This document shows, one piece after another, positions 21,760 through 32,000 of a DNA stretch of 32,000 nucleotides (its first letter is position 1; every line of letters starts with the position of its first letter). Source of the DNA: Sulfuriferula thiophila (lineage in GTDB: Bacteria > Pseudomonadota > Gammaproteobacteria > Burkholderiales > Sulfuriferulaceae); contig NZ_BHGL01000028.1 in the NCBI RefSeq assembly GCF_003864975.1, positions 6,211 through 38,210 of the forward strand, given 5' to 3'. Under the pieces are notes generated by a model, which ran no database searches, was not told the origin of the DNA, and worked only from the letters and a program-made list of their open reading frames with translations. The translations under genes and the position numbers were made by a program.

Positions 21760-22650
21760 TCACGCTTTCTTTTTAGCAGCAATCATCTGCTCAATCATAG
21801 GTCCCAGAATCAATTCCATTGCATAGCCCATTTTCGCACCTGGCACAACCAGCGTGTTCGAACGTGACATGAATGAATTAGGGATCATATTGATCAAGTA
21901 TGGGAAATCGACACCCTTGCGATCGCTAAAGCGCACAATGACCAAGCTCTCATCCGGCGTAGGAATATCACGCGAAATAAATGGATTTGAGGTATCCACG
22001 GTCGGCACGCGCTGGAAGTTCACGTGGGTACGTGAAAATTGCGGGGTGATGTAATTTACATAATCAGGCATGCGGCGCATGATGGTATCAACAATGACAT
22101 CGGCAGAATAACCACGCTCTGCTGCATCACGATGTATCTTCTGGATCCATTCCAGGTTCACTACCGGCACCACGCCAACACCCAGATCAACGTGCTTGGC
22201 AACATCAACTTTGCCGTCCACAACCAAACCATGCAAACCTTCATAGAACAGCAAATCGGTATCCGCTGGCACGTCTTCCCAAGGCGTAAACTCGCCTGCG
22301 CTCAGCTTGGTATTTAACCGCTTGTTATGAAACGCCGCTTCTTCATCGCTATGGATGTAATAACGCTTCTTACCCTTACCATCCTTGCCGTAGCTTTTGA
22401 ACAACGCTTCCAGCTTGTCAAAATGGTTGGCATTAGGACCAAAATGGCTGAAATGGTTATTGCCCTCAGCAGTCGCTTTGGCCATTTCCGATTTGAATTC
22501 GGTACGCGACAAGCTATGAAAGCTATCGCCTTCGATCACGGCCGCGCTGATGTTTTCACGACGGAAAATGTGCTCAAAAGCACGTTTAACGGTCGTTGTG
22601 CCTGCGCCGGAAGAACCGGTTACAGCAATCACAGGATGTTTTTTGGACAT
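21760..22650 (-). CDS. prk: Phosphoribulokinase (Calvin cycle)
   Basis: 296 aa, MSKKHPVIAVTGSSGAGTTTVKRAFEHIF...AAVIEGDSFHSLSRTEFKSEM...HFGPNANHFDKLE: proteobacterial CbbP/Prk family. Confidence 0.97.
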   Translation of the reverse strand: MSKKHPVIAVTGSSGAGTTTVKRAFEHIFRRENISAAVIEGDSFHSLSRTEFKSEMAKATAEGNNHFSHFGPNANHFDKLEALFKSYGKDGKGKKRYYIHSDEEAAFHNKRLNTKLSAGEFTPWEDVPADTDLLFYEGLHGLVVDGKVDVAKHVDLGVGVVPVVNLEWIQKIHRDAAERGYSADVIVDTIMRRMPDYVNYITPQFSRTHVNFQRVPTVDTSNPFISRDIPTPDESLVIVRFSDRKGVDFPYLINMIPNSFMSRSNTLVVPGAKMGYAMELILGPMIEQMIAAKKKA

Positions 22651-22762
22651 AAGGACTCCAGTTGAAATATAAAAAAATATCAGTTATTTTCACAGTATAA
22701 CTTTTAAGCCGTCCCGCTGTCCACGCGCAAGCATGTTCGCGGGGTATAATATGCCACTTTAG

Positions 22763-25390
<2,628 letters not shown>

Positions 25391-25421
25391 TGGTTTTTAA
25401 CCCATCCAACAGGTAATCAAG

Positions 25422-25919
25422 ATGAAAATCCCTATGAAATTCTGGCTTGCAGTTACGCTAATCATGAGTGTTTTTACTGCTGGATGCGGTTTTCACCTGC
25501 GCGGTCAGGTCGATATCCCCTATACCTCGCTGTATGTTGATGGCAACCCTGGCTCACCGCTGGTGACCAACCTGCAACGCATCATCCGCGCAGGCGGTCA
25601 CAATGACAGGCTGGCGAAAACCAGCGACACAGCCGAGCGCACCATACAGATCATGTCTGAAGTCAGCAGCAAAATCATCCTGTCGCTGTCCGGTGCCGGT
25701 CGCGTACGTGAATACCAGCTGCAATACCGCGTCAAATATCGCCTGCTCGCCCCCAAAGGCAAAGAGATACTGATGCCAGCCGAAATCGTATTAAGCCGCG
25801 ACATGAGCTATAACGACACGCTGGTGCTGGCAAAAGGGGATGAAGAACAATTACTCTACCGCGATATGCAGACCGATGCTGCGCAACAGATACTGCGCCG
25901 TATTGCCCTGCTGCATTAA
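25422..25919 (+). CDS. lptE: LPS-assembly lipoprotein LptE
   Basis: Lipoprotein signal FTAGCGFHLRGQVDIPYTSLYVDG; conserved leuS-lptE-holA order. Confidence 0.93.
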   Translation: MKIPMKFWLAVTLIMSVFTAGCGFHLRGQVDIPYTSLYVDGNPGSPLVTNLQRIIRAGGHNDRLAKTSDTAERTIQIMSEVSSKIILSLSGAGRVREYQLQYRVKYRLLAPKGKEILMPAEIVLSRDMSYNDTLVLAKGDEEQLLYRDMQTDAAQQILRRIALLH

Positions 25920-25925
25920 TAAAGC

Positions 25926-26936
25926 ATGCGTATCAAGCCGGAACAGCTCGCGTCACAGCTAGCCAAAGAGTTAAAGCCGCTCTACTGTGTATATGGCGAC
26001 GAACCGCTGCTGGTGCTGGAAGCAGCCGATCAAATTCGACGAGCGGTTCGCACGCAAGGCTACACCGAGCGTGAAATTTACCAGGTAGAGGGCCGCTTCA
26101 ACTGGCAAACCCTGCTCAATGCCGGCGATAATTTATCCTTATTCAGCGACCGCCGCCTGGTGGACATTCGCATCCCTTCCGGCAAGCCGGGCATAGACGG
26201 TGGCAAGGCGCTGCAAAGTTACTGCGCTGCGCTCCCAGCCGACACGATTACCCTGATTACCCTGCCCAAGCTCGACCGGCAGGCAACGTCAGGAAAATGG
26301 TTCACCGCACTGGATAATGCCGGCACCACCATTGCAGTTTATTCGGTAACTAACGAGCAATTACCGCGCTGGATCGGCGAACGTCTGGCACAACAGCAGC
26401 AGCAAGCCGATACTGACACCCTGCGTTTTCTTGCTCAGAAAGTAGAAGGCAACCTGCTGGCCGCCCAGCAGGAGATACGCAAACTGGGACTGCTGTTCCC
26501 CGCCGGACGCCTGGATTTTGCCAGCGTCCGTGAAGCCGTACTGGATGTGGCGCGTTATGACGTCTTCAAGCTCGCCGATGCCTTGTTGCTCAGCGACGTG
26601 CCACGGTTGATACGCATGCTGGATGGATTGCGCAACGAGGGTGAAGCACCCACGCTAATATTGTGGACAATCACGCGCGAATTACGCATTCTGACCCGCC
26701 TGAAAACAGCACAGAACAGTGGCATAGCGCCTGCCCGACTGATGCGCGAAGTCGGTGTCTGGGAAAGCCGTCAGAGCATGGTCGAAAAAGCACTGCAACG
26801 CGTCAAACTCGACACCCTGACCCACAGCCTCAGACAGGCTGCCGCTATCGATCGCATGATCAAAGGCCTTGCAAATGAAGACCCGTGGGTTGCACTCAAA
26901 CAATTGGCACTCAGTATCGCCCTGCCACAGCGTTAA
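25926..26936 (+). CDS. holA: DNA polymerase III delta subunit
   Basis: MRIKPEQLASQLAKELKPLYCVYGDEPLLVLEAADQIR...NLLSLFSDRRLVDIRIPSGKPG; standard HolA features and context. Confidence 0.95.
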   Translation: MRIKPEQLASQLAKELKPLYCVYGDEPLLVLEAADQIRRAVRTQGYTEREIYQVEGRFNWQTLLNAGDNLSLFSDRRLVDIRIPSGKPGIDGGKALQSYCAALPADTITLITLPKLDRQATSGKWFTALDNAGTTIAVYSVTNEQLPRWIGERLAQQQQQADTDTLRFLAQKVEGNLLAAQQEIRKLGLLFPAGRLDFASVREAVLDVARYDVFKLADALLLSDVPRLIRMLDGLRNEGEAPTLILWTITRELRILTRLKTAQNSGIAPARLMREVGVWESRQSMVEKALQRVKLDTLTHSLRQAAAIDRMIKGLANEDPWVALKQLALSIALPQR

Positions 26937-26976
26937 CCCCCACGGCTACCAACCAGCCAGTAATGCACAGACAATA

Positions 26977-27006
26977 AAAAAGGCAGATCCGCAGATCTGC
27001 CTTTTT
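26977..27006. terminator. Bidirectional rho-independent terminator between convergent holA and rplS
   Basis: AAAAAGGCAGATC-CGCA-GATCTGCCTTTTT, 13-bp stem. Confidence 0.9.
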
Positions 27007-27022
27007 CAGTAACAGCGAGCAA

Positions 27023-27403
27023 TTAAGCAGCGACTGTCTTAACTTTACGCGCTGGCAACTTTTCCTTGATACGTGCGGATTTACCTGAACGATCACGCAA
27101 GTAGTACAACTTGGCGCGACGTACATCACCACGACGCTTCACTTCAATGCTGTCAACCAAAGGTGAGTAAGTCTGGAATGTACGTTCCACACCTTCACCA
27201 GCTGAAATCTTACGCACGATAAATGCAGAATTCAAACCACGGTTACGCTTGGCAATCACTACGCCTTCGTAAGCCTGTAAACGCTCACGCGTACCTTCTT
27301 TAACCTTCACGCTAACGATTACGGTATCGCCAGGTGCAAAAGCAGGAATGGTTTTACCCAAACGTGCAATTTCTTCTTCTTCCAACTGTTGAATCAAATT
27401 CAT
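27023..27403 (-). CDS. rplS: 50S ribosomal protein L19
   Basis: [37 protein letters not shown]...; internal ATG at 27403 is the likely start rather than 27454. Confidence 0.97.
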   Translation of the reverse strand: MNLIQQLEEEEIARLGKTIPAFAPGDTVIVSVKVKEGTRERLQAYEGVVIAKRNRGLNSAFIVRKISAGEGVERTFQTYSPLVDSIEVKRRGDVRRAKLYYLRDRSGKSARIKEKLPARKVKTVAA

Positions 27404-27503
27404 CGCGTTCTCCTGAACTAAAAATGAGGTCTTGGACCTTACCGCACGGAGCAAGCCGCCGCTTGACGTACGGGGTTTGTTGTTAACCGACTAATTCATT
27501 GAA

Positions 27504-28265
27504 TCAGTCTGGTTTATTTTCCTGCTCGCTTAAAGCCAGCAAGTCAATTTCTGCCGCGCTCATACCGCGCTTGGCTAATAAATCCGGGCGATTGCGTTGC
27601 GTCGCCAATAACGATTGCTGCAACCGCCAGCGCTGGATTTTGGCATGATTACCGCCCATCAGCACTGCCGGTACTGGTACGCCCTGATACAACTCGGGAC
27701 GGGTATAGTGCGGATAATCAAGCAAGCCATTTACAAATGAATCCTGCACTGCTGAATCCGCATCACCCAGCACACCAGGCAATTGCCGCACAACGGCATC
27801 AATCACCACCATCGCTGCCAGCTCCCCACCGGATAAAACATAATCCCCGATAGAGATGTATTCATCTATGCGCCTGTCCAGCAAACGCTGGTCGACGCCC
27901 TCATAACGCCCGGCCAGGAATACCAGACCGGGACGCGCTGCCAATTCCATTACCAAAGCATGATCCAGCGTACGCCCCTGCGGGGAGAGGTACACCACAT
28001 GCGGCTTGGCAACACCAGATTCACGTTGCCGCGCTTCTGCTGCATCCAGCGCTGCATCGAGCGGCTCAGCCAGCATGACCATGCCCGGGCCGCCACCATA
28101 AGGACGATCATCGACAGTACGGTGGTTATCCATCGTGTAATCACGTGGATTCCACAAATGCAATGTGGCACATTGACGCGTGAATGCCCGACCACTGATA
28201 CCGCACTCACTGATTGCTGCAAACATTTGCGGGAACAACGTCACCACATCAATTTGCAATGGCAT
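27504..28265 (-). CDS. trmD: tRNA (guanine37-N1)-methyltransferase
   Basis: [18 protein letters not shown]...[15 protein letters not shown]...[44 protein letters not shown]. Confidence 0.99.
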   Translation of the reverse strand: MPLQIDVVTLFPQMFAAISECGISGRAFTRQCATLHLWNPRDYTMDNHRTVDDRPYGGGPGMVMLAEPLDAALDAAEARQRESGVAKPHVVYLSPQGRTLDHALVMELAARPGLVFLAGRYEGVDQRLLDRRIDEYISIGDYVLSGGELAAMVVIDAVVRQLPGVLGDADSAVQDSFVNGLLDYPHYTRPELYQGVPVPAVLMGGNHAKIQRWRLQQSLLATQRNRPDLLAKRGMSAAEIDLLALSEQENKPD

Positions 28266-28774
28266 CAGTAATCCAGTTCCCAGTCTACCTGCACAGTGCG
28301 CGCCGCCAAATCAACATGACGCACAATCTGCCCAACGAAAGGAATTAAGTGCTTGCGGTCACCGCGCACCTCAAGCACATCATGCGCACCGGCTTCCAGT
28401 ATCTGCTCGATCACACCAAATGCGTCGCCACGCAAATTCACTACATTCAGGCCGATTAAATCCGACCAGTAGTATTCACCTTCCGGTGCTGCCGGCAATG
28501 ATTCACGTTTAACCGCTATTTCACACCCTTTCAGCGCCAGTGCCTGATCGCGATCATGGATCCCGACCAATGCAGCAACCAATACCTTGGTATGCACTTT
28601 GGCTTCTTCGACAGTGTAAACTTGCCAATCATTACCGCGCTTGATATACCACTCTGCATAATCAGCAAGCGTATCTAACGACTCACTGAAAGTCTGGATC
28701 TTCATCCAGCCTTTAACGCCGTAAGGGACAGCAACCCGCCCCATCACCACTAAATTATCCAGCGACTTTTGCAC
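28265..28774 (-). CDS. rimM: 16S rRNA processing protein RimM
   Basis: [23 protein letters not shown]...[13 protein letters not shown]...[15 protein letters not shown]. The track start at 28774 overlaps rpsP by 20 nt; the true start may be a GTG/ATG at 28750-28744. Confidence 0.95.
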   Translation of the reverse strand: MQKSLDNLVVMGRVAVPYGVKGWMKIQTFSESLDTLADYAEWYIKRGNDWQVYTVEEAKVHTKVLVAALVGIHDRDQALALKGCEIAVKRESLPAAPEGEYYWSDLIGLNVVNLRGDAFGVIEQILEAGAHDVLEVRGDRKHLIPFVGQIVRHVDLAARTVQVDWELDY

Positions 28775-29009
28775 TTTCAGTTTTGACCAGTTTTGCTACA
28801 GCATCGCTTAATTGCGCGCCTTGGGAAACCCAATGATTGACGCGATCCAGACTCAGACGCAAGCCTTCGATGCCTTCTTTAGCCAGTGGATTGTAAAAAC
28901 CAACGCGCTCAATGAAGCGACCATCGCGACGGTTGCGTGAATCCGCAACTACGACGTTGTAGAATGGGCGGTTTTTTGCGCCGCCACGAGCAAGACGAAT
29001 TATAACCAT
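28755..29009 (-). CDS. rpsP: 30S ribosomal protein S16
   Basis: [41 protein letters not shown] canonical S16. Confidence 0.99.
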   Translation of the reverse strand: MVIIRLARGGAKNRPFYNVVVADSRNRRDGRFIERVGFYNPLAKEGIEGLRLSLDRVNHWVSQGAQLSDAVAKLVKTESAKVAG

Positions 29010-29045
29010 CGTGAGTGCCTAACCAATTGAATTAAAAAGAGCGCG

Positions 29046-29074
29046 ATTATAGGACGAAACCACTCAAATGACAA
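29046..29074 (-). promoter_or_regulatory. Sigma-70-type promoter of rpsP-rimM-trmD
   Basis: Minus strand: -35 TTGTCA (29074-29069), 17-nt spacer, -10 TATAAT (29051-29046). Confidence 0.75.
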
Positions 29075-29168
29075 GTTACCTTTGCTTTTACACAGCAAAA
29101 CGAACAAAATTGACCATTCGCCTGTCATACACTATCCTTAGCCATCTAATTTTTAATATATATCCGTC

Positions 29169-29975
29169 ATGTCAGTCAGTATCAAATCCCCAGCAGATAT
29201 AGAAAAAATGCGCATAGCCGGCCGGCTCGCTTCCGAAGTGCTTGATTACATCACGCCATTTGTTAAACCCGGCGTTACCACCGGCGAGCTGGACAAGCTG
29301 TGCCATGATTACATGGTCGATGTGCAGCACACTATTCCGGCGCCGCTCAACTACGCCCCACCAGGTCACGAACCTTACCCGCGCTCGATTTGCACTTCCA
29401 TTAATCAGCAAATATGCCATGGCGTGCCTGGCGACAAACAGCTCAAGAATGGTGACATCGTCAATATCGACGTCACCGTGATTAAAGATGGCTGGCATGG
29501 AGATACCAGCCGCATGTTTTATGTCGGCGAAGTTGCACCTCACGCCAAACGCCTGTGCGAAATCACCTATCAGGCCATGTGGCACGGTATTAAAATGGTG
29601 CGCCCCGGCGTGCTGCTCGGCGATATCGGTCACGCCATACAGAAATTTTCCGAAGCTCAAGGCTACAGTGTAGTACGGGAGTTTTGTGGCCACGGCATTG
29701 GACAGAACTTCCATGAAGAGCCGCAAGTGCTGCATTATGGCCGTGCCGGCACGGGTCTGAAACTGGCCGCAGGCATGACTTTTACCATAGAACCCATGAT
29801 CAACGCTGGACGTCGCGACATTCGCCAGCTTAGCGATGGTTGGACCATAGTCACCAAGGATCGCAGTCTGTCAGCGCAGTGGGAACACACTATACTGGTC
29901 ACCGATACCGGATTTGAAGTCATGACCGTTTCTGCCGGCACCCCGCCAGTACCGGACTTCGTAGCAAGCAAATAA
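29169..29975 (+). CDS. map: Methionine aminopeptidase type I
   Basis: VSIKSPADIEKMRIAGRLASEVLDYI...NIDVTVIKDGWHGDTSRMF...REFCGHGIGQNFHEEPQVLHYG. Confidence 0.98.
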   Translation: MSVSIKSPADIEKMRIAGRLASEVLDYITPFVKPGVTTGELDKLCHDYMVDVQHTIPAPLNYAPPGHEPYPRSICTSINQQICHGVPGDKQLKNGDIVNIDVTVIKDGWHGDTSRMFYVGEVAPHAKRLCEITYQAMWHGIKMVRPGVLLGDIGHAIQKFSEAQGYSVVREFCGHGIGQNFHEEPQVLHYGRAGTGLKLAAGMTFTIEPMINAGRRDIRQLSDGWTIVTKDRSLSAQWEHTILVTDTGFEVMTVSAGTPPVPDFVASK

Positions 29976-32000
29976 TGGTTGCCGTCGCGTCCGCCACACG
30001 TGCCGAACAATGGCGCATGCAGCTACGCGATGGGCGCAGCACCATCAAGCAGGCTTTCCTGTCTGGCACTTCAATTCGCACCATCCTTACCCGCAATCGG
30101 CAATTAGTTGATGGCGTGCTTAGCGAAGTATGGCAATCTCTTGATCTGCCCATTAGCGCTGCACTGGTTGCAGTGGGTGGCTACGGCCGCAACGAACTGT
30201 TCCCCCACTCGGATGTGGATCTGCTGATTTTACTGGATCATCCGGCGCTCCCTGAGGAACAGGTTGCCATTGAACAAATAGTCAGCTTATTCTGGGACAT
30301 TGGCCTGGAAGTCGGCCCCAGCGTACGCACCCTGGATGAATGCCTGGAAGAATCCGAACGTGACCTCACCATACTCACCAACCTGCTGGAATCGCGTTTT
30401 CTGTGCGGCAATCAATCTCTCTACCAGCTATTCCAGCAACGCTTTACCCAGCAACTGGACACCCGCGCTTTCTTTGAAGGCAAACTGCTGGAACAGGATC
30501 AGCGCCATGCGCGCTTTAACGATAGCGCCTACCAGTTGGAACCCAATATCAAGGAAAGCCCCGGCGGACTGCGCGACCTGCATAATCTGCGCTGGCTGAC
30601 CCAGGCTGCGGGTATCGGCGCTAACTGGCACGACCTGGTACTGGCCGGTTTACTCAGCAGCAGCGAATTACGCCAGATCCAGACCCTGGAACGATTTCTA
30701 TTCGACCTCCGGGCACGCCTGCATTACCTTGCCGGACGGCGTGAAGACCGCCTGTTATTTGATTACCAGCAAAGCCTGGCCGAGCAATATCAAATTCGCG
30801 CCACCACAACGCGTCGCGCCAGCGAAATACTGATGCAGCGCTATTACCGTAGCGTCAAGATCGTCGCACAAATGCGGGATATTTTGCTTCCCAGCTTGCG
30901 CGCGCGCATCTTCGGCAATAACCAGCTACCGGTTATTGCGCTCAACCCGCGCTTTCAGATACGCGATAATTTACTCAAAGTCATCGACGACAACCTGTTC
31001 GAACGCCAGCCAGACGCCATATTCGAAAGCTTTATCCTGCTGCAGCAGCATCCTGAATTAACCGGCATGAGCGCATCCACGCTACGCGCACTATGGCGCG
31101 CACGGCACCGCATCAATGCCGAATTCCGCCGCGACCCGGTGAATCAGACCCAGTTCATGCAAATCCTGCGTGCGCCGCAAACCATCACCCGCACCCTGCG
31201 CAACATGAACCACTACGGCATACTGGGGCGTTACATCCCGGCATTTGGCCGTATCGTCGGGCAGATGCAACACGATCTGTATCACATCTACACTGTAGAT
31301 GAGCATATCCTTACTGTACTGCGCAATTTGCGCCGCCTCACCATCCCTGAGCTGGCCCATGAACACCCGCTGGCCAGCCGCCTTATCAGTGGTTTTGCGC
31401 ACCCGGAATTACTTTATCTGGCCGCATTATTTCACGACATTGCCAAAGGGCGTGGTGGTGATCACTCTACGCTGGGCATGGTCGATGCCCGCCGCTTTTG
31501 CCGGCAGCACGGACTGTCTAAATCGGATACCGAACTGGTCGTGTGGCTGGTAGGCGAACACCTGAGCTTTTCTGCAACTGCGCAAAAACAGGATTTATCC
31601 GACCCGGATGTGATCACCCGCTTTACCCAGCGCATCCCGGATGAGCGCCATCTCATTGCGCTCTATCTGCTTACTACCTGCGACATACGTGGCACCAGTC
31701 CCAGCGTGTGGAATGCCTGGAAAGCTAAATTACTGGAAGATTTATTTTACGCCAGTCGTCGCCGACTGAGTGGCGAGACCAATCTGCATAGCGGTATCGA
31801 CAAAACCAAAACAGAAGCTTCGCGTTTATTGCGGTTATACGGGCTGTCTCCACACACGGAAGATGCGCTGTGGGTCAACCTGGCTGATAGTTATTTTCTG
31901 CGCCATGAACCACAGGAAATCGCCTGGCACAGCCGTCACCTCTGGCATCGCGTCAGCTCGCCTTTGGCAGTAGTGCGTGCCCGTCTGAGCCCTATTGGTG
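29975..32000 (+). CDS. glnD: [Protein-PII] uridylyltransferase GlnD (3' end beyond window)
   Basis: Manual translation from ATG 29975 (TAATG overlap with map): nucleotidyltransferase motif VGGYGRNELFPHSDVDLLIL, LEPNIKESPGGLRDLHNLRW, HD-domain AALFHDIAKGRGGDHS; open to base 32000. Absent from the ORF track because of the window edge. Confidence 0.96.
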   Translation, partial: MVAVASATRAEQWRMQLRDGRSTIKQAFLSGTSIRTILTRNRQLVDGVLSEVWQSLDLPISAALVAVGGYGRNELFPHSDVDLLILLDHPALPEEQVAIEQIVSLFWDIGLEVGPSVRTLDECLEESERDLTILTNLLESRFLCGNQSLYQLFQQRFTQQLDTRAFFEGKLLEQDQRHARFNDSAYQLEPNIKESPGGLRDLHNLRWLTQAAGIGANWHDLVLAGLLSSSELRQIQTLERFLFDLRARLHYLAGRREDRLLFDYQQSLAEQYQIRATTTRRASEILMQRYYRSVKIVAQMRDILLPSLRARIFGNNQLPVIALNPRFQIRDNLLKVIDDNLFERQPDAIFESFILLQQHPELTGMSASTLRALWRARHRINAEFRRDPVNQTQFMQILRAPQTITRTLRNMNHYGILGRYIPAFGRIVGQMQHDLYHIYTVDEHILTVLRNLRRLTIPELAHEHPLASRLISGFAHPELLYLAALFHDIAKGRGGDHSTLGMVDARRFCRQHGLSKSDTELVVWLVGEHLSFSATAQKQDLSDPDVITRFTQRIPDERHLIALYLLTTCDIRGTSPSVWNAWKAKLLEDLFYASRRRLSGETNLHSGIDKTKTEASRLLRLYGLSPHTEDALWVNLADSYFLRHEPQEIAWHSRHLWHRVSSPLAVVRARLSPIG

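Overview
This 32-kb window comes from a chromosome that looks like an autotrophic betaproteobacterium (lineage inferred from gene content only). Most of it is conserved housekeeping sequence: ygfZ (partial), glyA-nrdR-ribD, a Na+/Ca2+-exchanger-like membrane protein, pilS/pilR, a PP0621-like small protein, ispB, rplU-rpmA-obgE-proB, a lytic transglycosylase, proS, a spermidine-synthase-like protein, an SCP2-like protein, phosphoribulokinase, leuS-lptE-holA, rplS, trmD-rimM-rpsP, map and glnD (partial). The one clear accessory module is a complete five-gene phosphite uptake/oxidation cluster, ptxABCDE (about 17.08-21.49 kb). It is visibly AT-richer than its flanks. It sits between an AT-rich leader carrying a candidate Pho box and a long hairpin with a T-rich tail, directly next to the Calvin-cycle prk gene. 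The family is known from Pseudomonas stutzeri, so the system type is not new; the context and regulation are the parts worth following up. Other notable structure: a perfect 21-bp inverted repeat between divergent ispB and rplU, an alanine/proline repeat lipoprotein encoded by near-trinucleotide repeats, and several intergenic hairpins. No CRISPR array, rRNA, tRNA, transposase or phage gene could be supported.
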